DNA of 32,000 nt from NCBI RefSeq assembly GCF_000007145.1, contig NC_003902.1, positions 2,576,497 to 2,608,496 of the forward strand, written 5' to 3'. Below, one piece after another: positions 10,039 to 18,457 of the stretch. The notes under the pieces are model-generated. The model had not been told where the DNA came from, searched no databases, and saw nothing but the letters and a program-made list of their open reading frames with translations. The first letter of the stretch is position 1. Every line of letters starts with the position of its first letter. Source of the DNA: Xanthomonas campestris pv. campestris str. ATCC 33913 (GTDB lineage Bacteria; Pseudomonadota; Gammaproteobacteria; Xanthomonadales; Xanthomonadaceae). A program made the position numbers and the translations under genes.

Positions 10039-11718
10039 TTACTCGGACTTGTTGCTGTTCAACTGCGCGCGCAGCAGCGCACCCAGCTGAGTCGTGCCGC
10101 CCGACGCGGACTGGTATTCCTCCAGCACTTCGCGCATTTCGGCATCGTCCTTGGCCTTGATCGACAGCTGCAGGGTACGGCCCTTGCGGTCCATGCCCAC
10201 GAACTTGGCTTCGATCTTGTCGCCAACCTTCAGATGCTGGGTCGCATCGTCCACACGCTCGTTGGCGATGTCGCGTGCAGCGACGTAGCCTTCGATGCCA
10301 TCGGCCAGGTCGATCGTGGCGCCCTTCGCATCCACTTCACGGACCACGCCTTCGACCTTCGAACCCTTCGGGTTGGACGCCATGTACTGGCCGAACGGAT
10401 CCTGCTCCAGCTGCTTAACGCCCAGGCTGATGCGCTCACGTTCCGGGTCCACTGCCAGCACGACGGCTTCCAGCGTGTCGCCCTTCTTGTAATTGCGCAC
10501 GACATCTTCGCCGGTGGTGTTCCAGCTGATGTCGGACAGGTGCACCAGACCGTCGATGCCGCCGTCCAGACCAATGAAGATGCCGAAGTCGGTGATCGAC
10601 TTGATCTGACCGGACACCTTGTCGTTCTTCTTGTGGGTCGCAGCGAAGGTTTCCCACGGATTGGCGGCAACCTGCTTCATGCCCAGCGAGATGCGGCGAC
10701 GCTCTTCATCGACGTCCAGCACCATCACTTCGACTTCGTCACCGACCTGCACAACCTTGGACGGGTTGACGTTCTTGTTGGTCCAATCCATCTCGGACAC
10801 GTGCACCAGACCTTCGACGCCCGGCTCGATCTCGACGAATGCGCCGTAATCGGTGACGTTGGAGACCTTGCCGAACACGCGGCTGTTGGCCGGGTAACGA
10901 CGGGCGATGTTGTCCCACGGATCTTCGCCCAGCTGCTTCAGGCCGAGGCTGACGCGGTTACGCTCGCGATCGAACTTCAGCACGCGCACGTCCAGCTCGT
11001 CGCCGACGTTCACGACTTCGGACGGATGGCGCACGCGCTTCCAGGCCATGTCGGTGATGTGCAGCAGGCCGTCGATACCGCCCAGGTCCACGAATGCGCC
11101 GTAGTCGGTCAGGTTCTTGACGACACCCTTCAGGATCGCGCCTTCCTGCAGCTTGTCCATCAGCTGCTCGCGCTCTTCCGAATGCTCGCTCTCGACCACT
11201 GCACGGCGGGACACAACCACGTTGTTGCGCTTGCGGTCCAGCTTGATCAGCTTGAACTCGAGTTCCTTGCCTTCCAGGTAGGCCGGGTCGCGCACCGGGC
11301 GCACATCCACCAGCGAACCAGGCAGGAACGCGCGAACATCCTTGATGTCCACGGTGAAACCACCCTTGACCTTGCCGCTGATGCGGCCGGTGATGGTTTC
11401 GTTCTTTTCCAACGCTTCTTCCAGCTCGTCCCACACCATCGCGCGCTTGGCCTTCTCGCGCGACAACACGGTTTCGCCGAAGCCGTTTTCGATGGAGTCG
11501 AGGGCAACCTTGACCTGGTCGCCAACGCCGACATCGATTTCGCCAGCGTCGTTACGGAACTGCTCGATCGGCACGATGCCTTCGGACTTCAGGCCAGCGT
11601 TGATCACCACCACGTCGCCGCGGACTTCCACGACGGTACCGGTGACAATGGAGCCCGGCTTCAGCTTCGCCAGATTGGCTTGGCTGGCTTCGAACAGTTC
11701 GGCAAAAGATTCTGTCAT
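10039..11718 (-). CDS. rpsA: 30S ribosomal protein S1
   Basis: 559 aa from [32 protein letters not shown]..., with six S1 repeats (…[17 protein letters not shown]…, …[21 protein letters not shown]…, …[20 protein letters not shown]…). The 77-aa extension in the track ORF (to 11949) overlaps cmk and is rejected. Confidence 0.97.
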   Translation of the reverse strand: MTESFAELFEASQANLAKLKPGSIVTGTVVEVRGDVVVINAGLKSEGIVPIEQFRNDAGEIDVGVGDQVKVALDSIENGFGETVLSREKAKRAMVWDELEEALEKNETITGRISGKVKGGFTVDIKDVRAFLPGSLVDVRPVRDPAYLEGKELEFKLIKLDRKRNNVVVSRRAVVESEHSEEREQLMDKLQEGAILKGVVKNLTDYGAFVDLGGIDGLLHITDMAWKRVRHPSEVVNVGDELDVRVLKFDRERNRVSLGLKQLGEDPWDNIARRYPANSRVFGKVSNVTDYGAFVEIEPGVEGLVHVSEMDWTNKNVNPSKVVQVGDEVEVMVLDVDEERRRISLGMKQVAANPWETFAATHKKNDKVSGQIKSITDFGIFIGLDGGIDGLVHLSDISWNTTGEDVVRNYKKGDTLEAVVLAVDPERERISLGVKQLEQDPFGQYMASNPKGSKVEGVVREVDAKGATIDLADGIEGYVAARDIANERVDDATQHLKVGDKIEAKFVGMDRKGRTLQLSIKAKDDAEMREVLEEYQSASGGTTQLGALLRAQLNSNKSE

Positions 11719-11902
11719 TTGGAGTTTACTCAGTTGAACACACGGGCGTTGATCGTCGCCTAGCGACCGATACGTACCGCCCAGCCTGTTTGACCCCGGC
11801 ACCGCGGGTCGGTTGTGAAGTAATAGAACCGCCACGCGGGATGCGCGACGGAGCCTTTGAAACGCCTTACGGTCGGCGGGACGTGCCCGCTGGCTGCAAC
11901 AC

Positions 11903-12583
11903 TTACGGCGTGCGGGAGTCCAACAGCCCCACCACACGCTGGACGACATCTTCGATCCCGATCCCGCTGGTATCGATCAGCACGGCGTCTTCGGCCGGCC
12001 GCAATGGCGCCACCACCCGCTGCGCATCACGGGCATCACGGGCCATGATCTCGCGCAGCAGGTCGTCAAAGATAACCGAAACACCCTTTTCCATCAACTG
12101 TTTATGGCGACGGCCCGCACGTTCTTCGGCACTGGCGGTCAGGAAGACCTTGAATGCGGCATCCGGGAAGATGACCGTGCCCATGTCGCGGCCGTCGGCG
12201 ACCAGGCCCGGCGGCTGGCGGAACGCGCGCTGGCGCTCCTTCAGGGCCGAGCGCACCTCCGGAATGGCGGCGATCGCCGAAGCGAGCGCACCGGTGGTTT
12301 CCAAGCGCAGCTCGCTGGTGGCGTCCACGCCGTTGACCAGCACCCGCAGGCCTGCCTCGCCAGCCTCATCGAACTCGACCTTGGTATCGAAGGCGCAACG
12401 CACCAGCGCGGCCGGGTCAGACACATCAAGGTCGGCCCAGCTCGCCGCCACGCCCACCGCACGGTAAAGTGCGCCCGAATCGAGGTAATGCCAGCCCAGC
12501 CGGGCGGCGACGATCCGGCTCACGGTTCCCTTGCCGGCGCCGGAGGGTCCATCGATGGTGAGCACGGGTGACAGGTCGGTCAT
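11903..12583 (-). CDS. cmk: Cytidylate kinase
   Basis: 226-aa ORF with P-loop [16 protein letters not shown] and ...[10 protein letters not shown]..., in the conserved cmk-rpsA-ihfB order. Confidence 0.95.
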   Translation of the reverse strand: MTDLSPVLTIDGPSGAGKGTVSRIVAARLGWHYLDSGALYRAVGVAASWADLDVSDPAALVRCAFDTKVEFDEAGEAGLRVLVNGVDATSELRLETTGALASAIAAIPEVRSALKERQRAFRQPPGLVADGRDMGTVIFPDAAFKVFLTASAEERAGRRHKQLMEKGVSVIFDDLLREIMARDARDAQRVVAPLRPAEDAVLIDTSGIGIEDVVQRVVGLLDSRTP

Positions 12584-12755
12584 TCAGGTTTCCGGAAGGT
12601 CATCAGGCGGTAGTGTAGCGCCGCTCGCAGCCATTCGGATGCAACCACTTGAAAGCACGACGAAAAGCCGGTTAGAATTGCCGGCTTAATTCCGGGTGCA
12701 CCCTCGATCGCGGGCACTCTTCCATCGAATCCAACCGTTTACGCCGAGGTGTGCC

Positions 12756-12881
12756 ATGAAAGTCCTGTCCTCCCTGAAGTCTGCGAAGACCCGTCACCGC
12801 GACTGCAAGGTGGTCCGCCGCCGCGGCAAGGTCTTCGTGATCTGCAAGTCGAACCCGCGCTTCAAGGCCCGTCAGCGCTAA
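12756..12881 (+). CDS. rpmJ: 50S ribosomal protein L36, type 2 (YkgO-like, degenerate zinc site)
   Basis: 41 aa, [41 protein letters not shown], inside track ORF 12696..12881. The start is placed at the internal ATG, preceded by GAGG. A terminator follows. Confidence 0.9.
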
Positions 12882-12910
12882 GCCGACGCCTTGCGCAGCA
12901 AGACCCGAGA

Positions 12911-12934
12911 AAGCCGCCTCCGGGCGGTTTTTTC
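12911..12934 (+). terminator. Rho-independent terminator of rpmJ
   Basis: AAGCCGCC-TCCG-GGCGGTTTTTTC: a GC stem (12914-12918/12923-12927) extended by A:U and G:U pairs, then a T6 run. Confidence 0.7.
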
Positions 12935-13083
12935 TTGGCTGATGTCCGCACGATGCTGCACCCATGCGCATCGGCCTGCATGACAGGTCCGGCCGGCAAC
13001 GCTCACCGGGGCGTGCACCAGTTTTTGCGATGTTTTTTTGCTGTAATCACCGTTCGAATCTTGTCCACTGGGGAGTAGATGAC

Positions 13084-13413
13084 ATGCGCAACCGTCTGTT
13101 TGTAGGGTCACTGATGGCATTGATGGGGATCAGTGCCAGTGCTTATGCCGAAACGCTGCTGGTTGACCGGGCGCAGCAGAAACCTGCCGCTGCCCTGCCC
13201 TTGCGTGGCGACAGCATGGGCCAGGTGGAAAGCCGCTACGGTGCGCCGCAGGAAAAGCTGGACCCGCGCGGCGGCCAGAAGCGTCAATGGCCGACCATCC
13301 ATCGCTGGGTGTATCCCGCCTTCACGGTGTACTTCGAAAAGAGCAAGGTGATCGACGTGGTGGCCAACCAGGCCGACGCCGACGAGATCGGCCCGAAGCC
13401 GCCGATTCGCTAA
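13084..13413 (+). CDS. Small secreted hypothetical protein (Sec signal peptide)
   Basis: 109 aa from an ATG preceded by GGGGAG. The signal peptide MRNRLFVGSLMALMGISASAYA|ETLL has an AxA cleavage site. The mature part (…GDSMGQVESRYGAPQEKLDP…WVYPAFTVYFEKSKVIDVV…) vaguely resembles small BamE/SmpA-like beta folds, which is a guess. A GC hairpin at 13434-13462 follows. Confidence 0.65.
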   Translation: MRNRLFVGSLMALMGISASAYAETLLVDRAQQKPAAALPLRGDSMGQVESRYGAPQEKLDPRGGQKRQWPTIHRWVYPAFTVYFEKSKVIDVVANQADADEIGPKPPIR

Positions 13414-13605
13414 GCACCACGTCCGCAACATCAGGCGCGGCGCGCATGCGTGCCGCCGCGCCGCTTGACACAACCGGGGCGTACAACGCTCCGGTGCAGC
13501 CACCGAGCACTGCCGCCCAAGTGGCATGAACGGACTGCAAGCCTTCGCACCTGGGTGCGGAGATAGCCCACCGCCGGGGCGTTGCCCCAGGCATCAGATG
13601 AGTAA

Positions 13606-14649
13606 GTGACCGGCATGACCGACAGCGTTCGTTTTCCTGCGGAGTGGGAATCCCAATCCGCCATCCTGATTGCCTGGCCACATGCCGGCACCGACTGGGC
13701 CGAGCGCCTGGCCGAGGTGGAAGACACCTATATTGCCTTGGTCACCGCGATCACCCGCTTCCAGCCGGTGATCATCTGCGTGGCCGACGATGACCTGCAG
13801 ATCTATGCCGAAGCCCGCCTGCGTTCGGCGCGGGTGGAGATGGCACAGGTACGCTTCGTGGTTGCCGCCTACAACGACACCTGGCTGCGCGATTCGGGCC
13901 CGATCACGCTGCGCCATGGCGACGGCTTCCGGCTGATGGATTTTCGCTTCACCGGCTGGGGTGGCAAGTTCGAGGCGAGCCTGGACGATCAACTGGTTAG
14001 CAGCCTGGATGCGGCGAGCGTCTTCGTGCCCGCCGATGTGCAGACGGTCGACTTCGCGCTGGAAGGTGGCGCGATCGAAACCGATGGCGCCGGCACCTTG
14101 CTGACCACCTGGAAGTGCCTGCACGAACGGCACCCGCAGCGCTCGCGCGACTCCCTCAGCAGCGACCTGGCGACCTGGCTGGCGCAGGACCGCGTGCTGT
14201 GGCTGGACCACGGCTATCTGGAAGGCGATGACACCGACGCGCATATCGATACGCTGGCGCGCTTCGCCGGCGCGGATGCGATCGTCTACCAGGGCTGCGC
14301 CGTACCGAGCGATTCCCACTACGCCGAGCTGCAGGCGATGGGCGAAGAACTGGCTGCGCTGCGCAAGGCTGATGGGCAGCCGTATCGCCTGTTCGTGCTG
14401 CCGTGGGCAGAGCCGATCCTGGACCAGGGCCGGCGCCTTGCCGCGTCGTACGCCAATTTTTTGATCGTCAACGGCGCGGTGCTGATGCCGGCCTATGGCG
14501 ACGCCGCGGATGCTGCGGCGCAGGCAGTGCTGGCCGACGCGTTTCCGCAGCACCAGATTGTGCCGGTGCCATGCCGCCCGCTGATCTGGCAGAACGGCAG
14601 CCTGCATTGTCTGACCATGCAGTTGCCTGCCGGCCTGCTGGCCGCCTGA
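13606..14649 (+). CDS. aguA: Agmatine deiminase (peptidyl-arginine deiminase, Porphyromonas type family)
   Basis: 347 aa. The stretch ...RFPAEWESQSAILIAWPH...DTWLRDSGPI...GGAIETDGAGTLLTT...DAHIDTLARF...NGSLHCLTMQ ends in the catalytic Cys motif. The start is either GTG 13606 or ATG 13615. Confidence 0.9.
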   Translation: MTGMTDSVRFPAEWESQSAILIAWPHAGTDWAERLAEVEDTYIALVTAITRFQPVIICVADDDLQIYAEARLRSARVEMAQVRFVVAAYNDTWLRDSGPITLRHGDGFRLMDFRFTGWGGKFEASLDDQLVSSLDAASVFVPADVQTVDFALEGGAIETDGAGTLLTTWKCLHERHPQRSRDSLSSDLATWLAQDRVLWLDHGYLEGDDTDAHIDTLARFAGADAIVYQGCAVPSDSHYAELQAMGEELAALRKADGQPYRLFVLPWAEPILDQGRRLAASYANFLIVNGAVLMPAYGDAADAAAQAVLADAFPQHQIVPVPCRPLIWQNGSLHCLTMQLPAGLLAA

Positions 14650-14727
14650 CCCGTATTGTTCCGGCCGGCAGGCCGGCGTTCCACCATGGCGCGCTACCCT
14701 GTGCGCCACCTAGCAGGACGAGTAGCC

Positions 14728-15612
14728 ATGACCCGACATCTCCTTCCCGTCGCGCTGATCCAGGAGCGCAACCACGGCGACGCCGAGGCCAATCTGGCCG
14801 TCATCGAGTCGCGCGTGGCCGAAGCCGCCGCGCAGGGCGCCAAACTGGTGCTGCTGCAGGAACTGCACAACGGCGCGTATTTCTGCCAGCACGAATCGGT
14901 AGACGTGTTCGATCTGGCCGAGCCGATTCCCGGCCCCAGCACCGAGCGCCTGGGCGCGCTGGCCAAGCAGCATGGCGTGGTGATCGTGGCCTCGTTGTTC
15001 GAGCGCCGCGCCGCCGGCCTGTACCACAACACTGCCGTGGTGCTGGAGGCGGACGGCCGTTTGCTTGGCAAGTACCGCAAGATGCACATCCCCGACGACC
15101 CGGGCTTCTACGAGAAGTTCTACTTCACCCCGGGCGATCTGGGCTTTACGCCGGTGGATACCTCGGTCGGCCGGCTCGGCGTGTTGGTGTGCTGGGACCA
15201 GTGGTACCCGGAAGCGGCGCGCCTGATGGCGCTGGCTGGTGCCGAATTGCTGCTCTACCCCACCGCGATCGGTTGGGATCCGGACGATGCGCAGGCCGAG
15301 CAGGAACGCCAGCGCGATGCGTGGGTGCTGAGCCATCGCGGCCATGCGGTGGCCAACGGCGTGCCGGTGCTGTCGTGCAACCGTGTCGGTCACGAGCCGT
15401 CGCCGATCGGTGCTTCGGGCATCCAGTTCTGGGGCAATAGCCACGTGCTGGGGCCGCAGGGCGAGTTCATTGCCGAAGCCGGGCAGGATCCGACCATCCT
15501 GGTGTGCGATGTGGACCTGCAGCGCAGCGAGCATGTGCGGCGCATCTGGCCGTTCCTGCGCGACCGCCGCATCGACGCGTATGGCGATCTGCTCAAGCGT
15601 TACATCGACTGA
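14728..15612 (+). CDS. aguB: N-carbamoylputrescine amidase (carbon-nitrogen hydrolase / nitrilase superfamily)
   Basis: 294 aa from MTRHLLPVALIQ..., preceded by AGGACGAG. The E-K-C triad context is present (LLQELHN, YRKMHIP, VLVCWDQWYPE). It lies next to aguA. The 24-aa extension of track ORF 14656 is rejected. Confidence 0.9.
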   Translation: MTRHLLPVALIQERNHGDAEANLAVIESRVAEAAAQGAKLVLLQELHNGAYFCQHESVDVFDLAEPIPGPSTERLGALAKQHGVVIVASLFERRAAGLYHNTAVVLEADGRLLGKYRKMHIPDDPGFYEKFYFTPGDLGFTPVDTSVGRLGVLVCWDQWYPEAARLMALAGAELLLYPTAIGWDPDDAQAEQERQRDAWVLSHRGHAVANGVPVLSCNRVGHEPSPIGASGIQFWGNSHVLGPQGEFIAEAGQDPTILVCDVDLQRSEHVRRIWPFLRDRRIDAYGDLLKRYID

Positions 15613-15618
15613 CCGCGC

Positions 15619-16146
15619 ATGCCCGTCGAGCTGCGTGAGGTCCGCGACGCGGACATCCCGGCGATCACCGCGATCTACGCGGAGCAGATCGCCGGGTGCA
15701 ACACCTACGAATACGTCGCGCCGTCGGCCGAGCAGATGCGCGGCCGCGTGCGCGCCATCGTGGACGCCGGTTATCCGTATCTGGTGGCCGAACGCGATGG
15801 CGCGGTGATCGGGTACGCCTACGCAAGCAGCTACCGCGCACGCGCCGGCTACCGCTGGACGGTGGAAAATTCGATTTATCTGGCCGCTGCCGCGCAAGGA
15901 TGCGGCATCGGTTCGCAGCTGCTTGGCGCCTTGATTGCCGTCTGCGAGCAGCGCGGCTACCGGCAGATGATTGCCGTGATCGGCGATGCCACCAACCAGG
16001 CGTCACTGCGCCTGCATGAACGTTTTGAGTTTCGTACGGTCGGAGTCTTCACCGGACTGGGCCGCAAGCATGGCCGCTGGTTGGACGCGGTGCAGATGCA
16101 GCGCCCGCTCGGCTCCGGTCACACCGCCCCTCCTTCCGATGAATGA
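15619..16146 (+). CDS. GNAT family N-acetyltransferase (phosphinothricin/methionine-sulfoximine acetyltransferase-like)
   Basis: 175 aa. IREVRDADIPAITAIY...YLVAERDGAVIGYAYASSYRARAGYRWTVENSIYL...QGCGIGSQLL...HERFEFRTVGVF...GRWLDAVQMQR matches the PAT/YwnH-type GNAT pattern. Confidence 0.85.
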   Translation: MPVELREVRDADIPAITAIYAEQIAGCNTYEYVAPSAEQMRGRVRAIVDAGYPYLVAERDGAVIGYAYASSYRARAGYRWTVENSIYLAAAAQGCGIGSQLLGALIAVCEQRGYRQMIAVIGDATNQASLRLHERFEFRTVGVFTGLGRKHGRWLDAVQMQRPLGSGHTAPPSDE

Positions 16147-17371
16147 CCCCATGACCGAAATCACCCCCGTGTTGCAGGACGATGCGCTGTCCGGCCAGCC
16201 GCACCGCATCGTCGAACGCGACGGTGTGCGCTACACCCTGCTCGGCACCGCGCATGTCTCGCTGGCAAGCGTGGCCGCGGTGCAGCGGGCGATCGGCAGC
16301 GGCCGGTACGACGCGGTGGCCGTGGAGCTGGACGCGCAGCGCCTGCAGGCGCTCAGCGACCCCGATGCCCTCGCCCGCCTGGATCTGGTGCAGGTAATCC
16401 GGAAGGGTCGCGTGGCGCTGTTCGCCGCCAACCTGGCATTGGCCGCCTACCAACGTCGCCTGGCCAAGCAGTTGGGCATCGAGCCGGGTGCGGAGCTGAA
16501 GGAAGCGGTGAACCTGGCACGTGCGCAGGGCCTGCCGGTGCATTTGATCGACCGCGAAGTGGGGCTGACCTTCAAACGTGCTTCCGGGCGGCTGGGCTTC
16601 TTCGGCAAGATGAAGCTGGCCGGTGGCCTGCTGGCGGGGCTGTTCGCCGCTGACGAAGTGGGCGAAGAAGAGATCGAAAAGCTCAAGCAAGGCGACATGC
16701 TGGAGGCCAGTTTCGGCGATTTCGCCAGCGAAAGCCCGGAGCTGTACGAGACGGTGATTGCCGAGCGCGATCGCTACATGGCCACGCGGCTGCGCGAAGA
16801 AGCTAGCCCCACCCAGCGCGAGGTACTGGCCGTGGTCGGCGCTGGCCATCTTGCCGGGCTCGCCCGCCACCTTGCGCAGGACACCGATGCGCCCGGCCCG
16901 CTGCGCGAGTCGCTGGAATACGTGCAGCAGCGCAAGCGTATTCCCTGGATCACGCTGGGCATGCTGACGGTGATCGTTGCCGGGATCGGGATCGGGTTCT
17001 GGCGCGGCGGCATGTCGATGGGTGCGGACCTGCTGCTGCAATGGGCGATGTACACCGGCGGCCTGGCAGCGCTGGGCTGCCTATTGGCCGGTAGTCATCC
17101 GCTGAGCATTCTCACCGCCGCGGTGGTGGCACCGTTCAAGCCGTTCCGGCTGAGCGTGCCGACCGGCGCGTTCGCCGCCTTGGTCGAAGTGCATATGCGC
17201 AAGCCGGCCTATGGCGACTTCCTCACCCTGCGCGACGATGCACAGACCTTGCGTGGCTGGTACCGCAATCGTGTGTCGCGGGTGGTGCTGACGTTCCTGC
17301 TGACCAACCTGGGCAGCGGCGCGGGCGTGTGGCTGGCCGGTGTGCAGATTTTTCAGCGCCTGCATGGGTGA
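16139..17371 (+). CDS. TraB/PrgY/GumN-family protein with C-terminal membrane domain
   Basis: The N-terminus ...VRYTLLGTAHVSLASVAAVQRAI...DAVAVELD...ERDRYMA...VLAVVGAGHLAGL is typical of the TraB family. Four predicted C-terminal transmembrane helices follow. ATG 16139 overlaps the GNAT stop (ATGAATGA); ATG 16151 is an alternative start. Confidence 0.8.
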   Translation: MNDPMTEITPVLQDDALSGQPHRIVERDGVRYTLLGTAHVSLASVAAVQRAIGSGRYDAVAVELDAQRLQALSDPDALARLDLVQVIRKGRVALFAANLALAAYQRRLAKQLGIEPGAELKEAVNLARAQGLPVHLIDREVGLTFKRASGRLGFFGKMKLAGGLLAGLFAADEVGEEEIEKLKQGDMLEASFGDFASESPELYETVIAERDRYMATRLREEASPTQREVLAVVGAGHLAGLARHLAQDTDAPGPLRESLEYVQQRKRIPWITLGMLTVIVAGIGIGFWRGGMSMGADLLLQWAMYTGGLAALGCLLAGSHPLSILTAAVVAPFKPFRLSVPTGAFAALVEVHMRKPAYGDFLTLRDDAQTLRGWYRNRVSRVVLTFLLTNLGSGAGVWLAGVQIFQRLHG

Positions 17372-17418
17372 GTTGGGGGAGCGCGGCCGCCGCATCAGCA
17401 GTTGATGCGGTCCTACCG

Positions 17419-17504
17419 TTGTAGGAGCGCACCTGGACGCAATGGTGACTTGCGCGACTGACAGCTGGAATAGGCAGCCTGATCGCGCCCAACTACGCTC
17501 CTAC
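17419..17504. repeat. REP-like intergenic palindromic element (GTAGGAGCGCAC type)
   Basis: Lies in the convergent gap between TraB and the EEP gene. GTAGGAGCG (17421-17429) is repeated inverted as CGCTCCTAC (17496-17504). Internal GCGCA...TGCGC dyads are present, and an adjacent 8-bp hairpin CCGCATCA/TGATGCGG sits at 17390-17410. It resembles the GTAGGAGCGCAC...GTGCGCGAC repeats that I recall as abundant in Xanthomonas. Copy number cannot be checked here. Confidence 0.35.
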
Positions 17505-17518
17505 GACGAGGGCTGCTG

Positions 17519-18457
17519 CTACGGGGCGGCAGCCGTCTCCGGCGCGAATTGCAGGCGTACCCACACCCCGTAATGGTCCGAGGCCCAGCGGCCTTCGGCA
17601 TACGGGGTGTCGAACAGGATGCGCGCCTCGCGTGCGAGCAGGCGGTTCTGCTGGAAGAACACGTGATCGATGCGCGCGGGTTTGTCGAACACATGCAGGT
17701 TCAAGGTGCTGACAGTTGCATCGCTGTTGCGGTGCACGCTGCCATAGCTGTCGCCATAGCCCTTGCGTAGCGCTTCCAGATCCAGGGTATCGGCCGCAGT
17801 GTTGAAATCACCGGCGATCACCACCGGCGCCTGGTTGCTGTTGGACGCGATGAAGTCCAGCAAGTCGGCCACCTGGCGGGTGCGGGTCGCCGCACCGCGC
17901 GCATCGGACCGCTCGTTGAGATGCGTCACGTAGACGTTGACCGGCTGGCCATCCATATCAACCTGCAGATGCGCGGCCACGCGGTAATCGTCCAGCGGTT
18001 GCAGCAGGCGCTGATGCTGGGCCAGCACGCTGCGCTTGCTCAGCAGCGCGTTGCCATAGCGCTTGGGCGCGCCGGGCGGGTCGACCGATGCGAACGTGTA
18101 CGCGTAGCCAAGCCGACTGGCCAGCCAGGCGGCCTGATTCTCCACACTGCCGCGGCGTTCGATCACTTCCTGCAAGGCGATCACATCCGGCGCCAGCTGT
18201 TTGAGTTCCTTGGCGATATAGGCACGGCGTGCCGGCCAGTCTTCGCGGTCGTGATGCAGGTTGAGGGTGACCAGGGTCATCTCGCGCGGGGCCGCGCTGG
18301 CGGTTTGCTGCGAGCGCGATGTTTGTTCTGCGTTCTGGACGTTGGCTTGCTCCGCGTGCGCACCCGTGCAGGACAGGGCCAGCACCATCAACACACCGAA
18401 CCGGCCGCGATAGCGCCGCGACGTTGTTGCCCGCAACGACCGGCGCCACGTGTTCAT
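17519..18457 (-). CDS. Secreted endonuclease/exonuclease/phosphatase (EEP) family protein
   Basis: 312 aa from ATG 18457, which overlaps the upstream stop as ATGA. The signal peptide MNTWRR...VLMVLALSCTGAHA|EQ has AxA cleavage, with a possible lipobox. EEP motifs are present: TLVTLNLHH, DVIALQEV, VYVTHL, VIAGDFN, SDHYGVWV. The 613-aa track ORF (to 19360) is an artefactual 5' extension into the neighbouring gene. Confidence 0.85.
   Translation of the reverse strand: MNTWRRSLRATTSRRYRGRFGVLMVLALSCTGAHAEQANVQNAEQTSRSQQTASAAPREMTLVTLNLHHDREDWPARRAYIAKELKQLAPDVIALQEVIERRGSVENQAAWLASRLGYAYTFASVDPPGAPKRYGNALLSKRSVLAQHQRLLQPLDDYRVAAHLQVDMDGQPVNVYVTHLNERSDARGAATRTRQVADLLDFIASNSNQAPVVIAGDFNTAADTLDLEALRKGYGDSYGSVHRNSDATVSTLNLHVFDKPARIDHVFFQQNRLLAREARILFDTPYAEGRWASDHYGVWVRLQFAPETAAAP

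Noticed and set aside
8027-11763. + strand ORFs 8027..9604 (525 aa) and 9958..11763 (601 aa)
   Set aside because: Antisense to lapB/lapA and to rpsA respectively. The minus-strand products are unmistakable, so these are shadows.
12584-12755. Zur box upstream of the Cys-poor rpmJ
   Set aside because: I could find no AT-rich 15-19 bp palindrome of the GAAATGTTATAnTATAACATTTC type. Only a short GC hairpin is present.
13594-17041. Minus-strand ORFs 13594..14709 (371 aa), 14710..15897 (395 aa) and 16049..17041 (330 aa)
   Set aside because: Antisense to aguA, aguB/GNAT and the TraB gene, with low-complexity Arg/Ala/His-rich translations.
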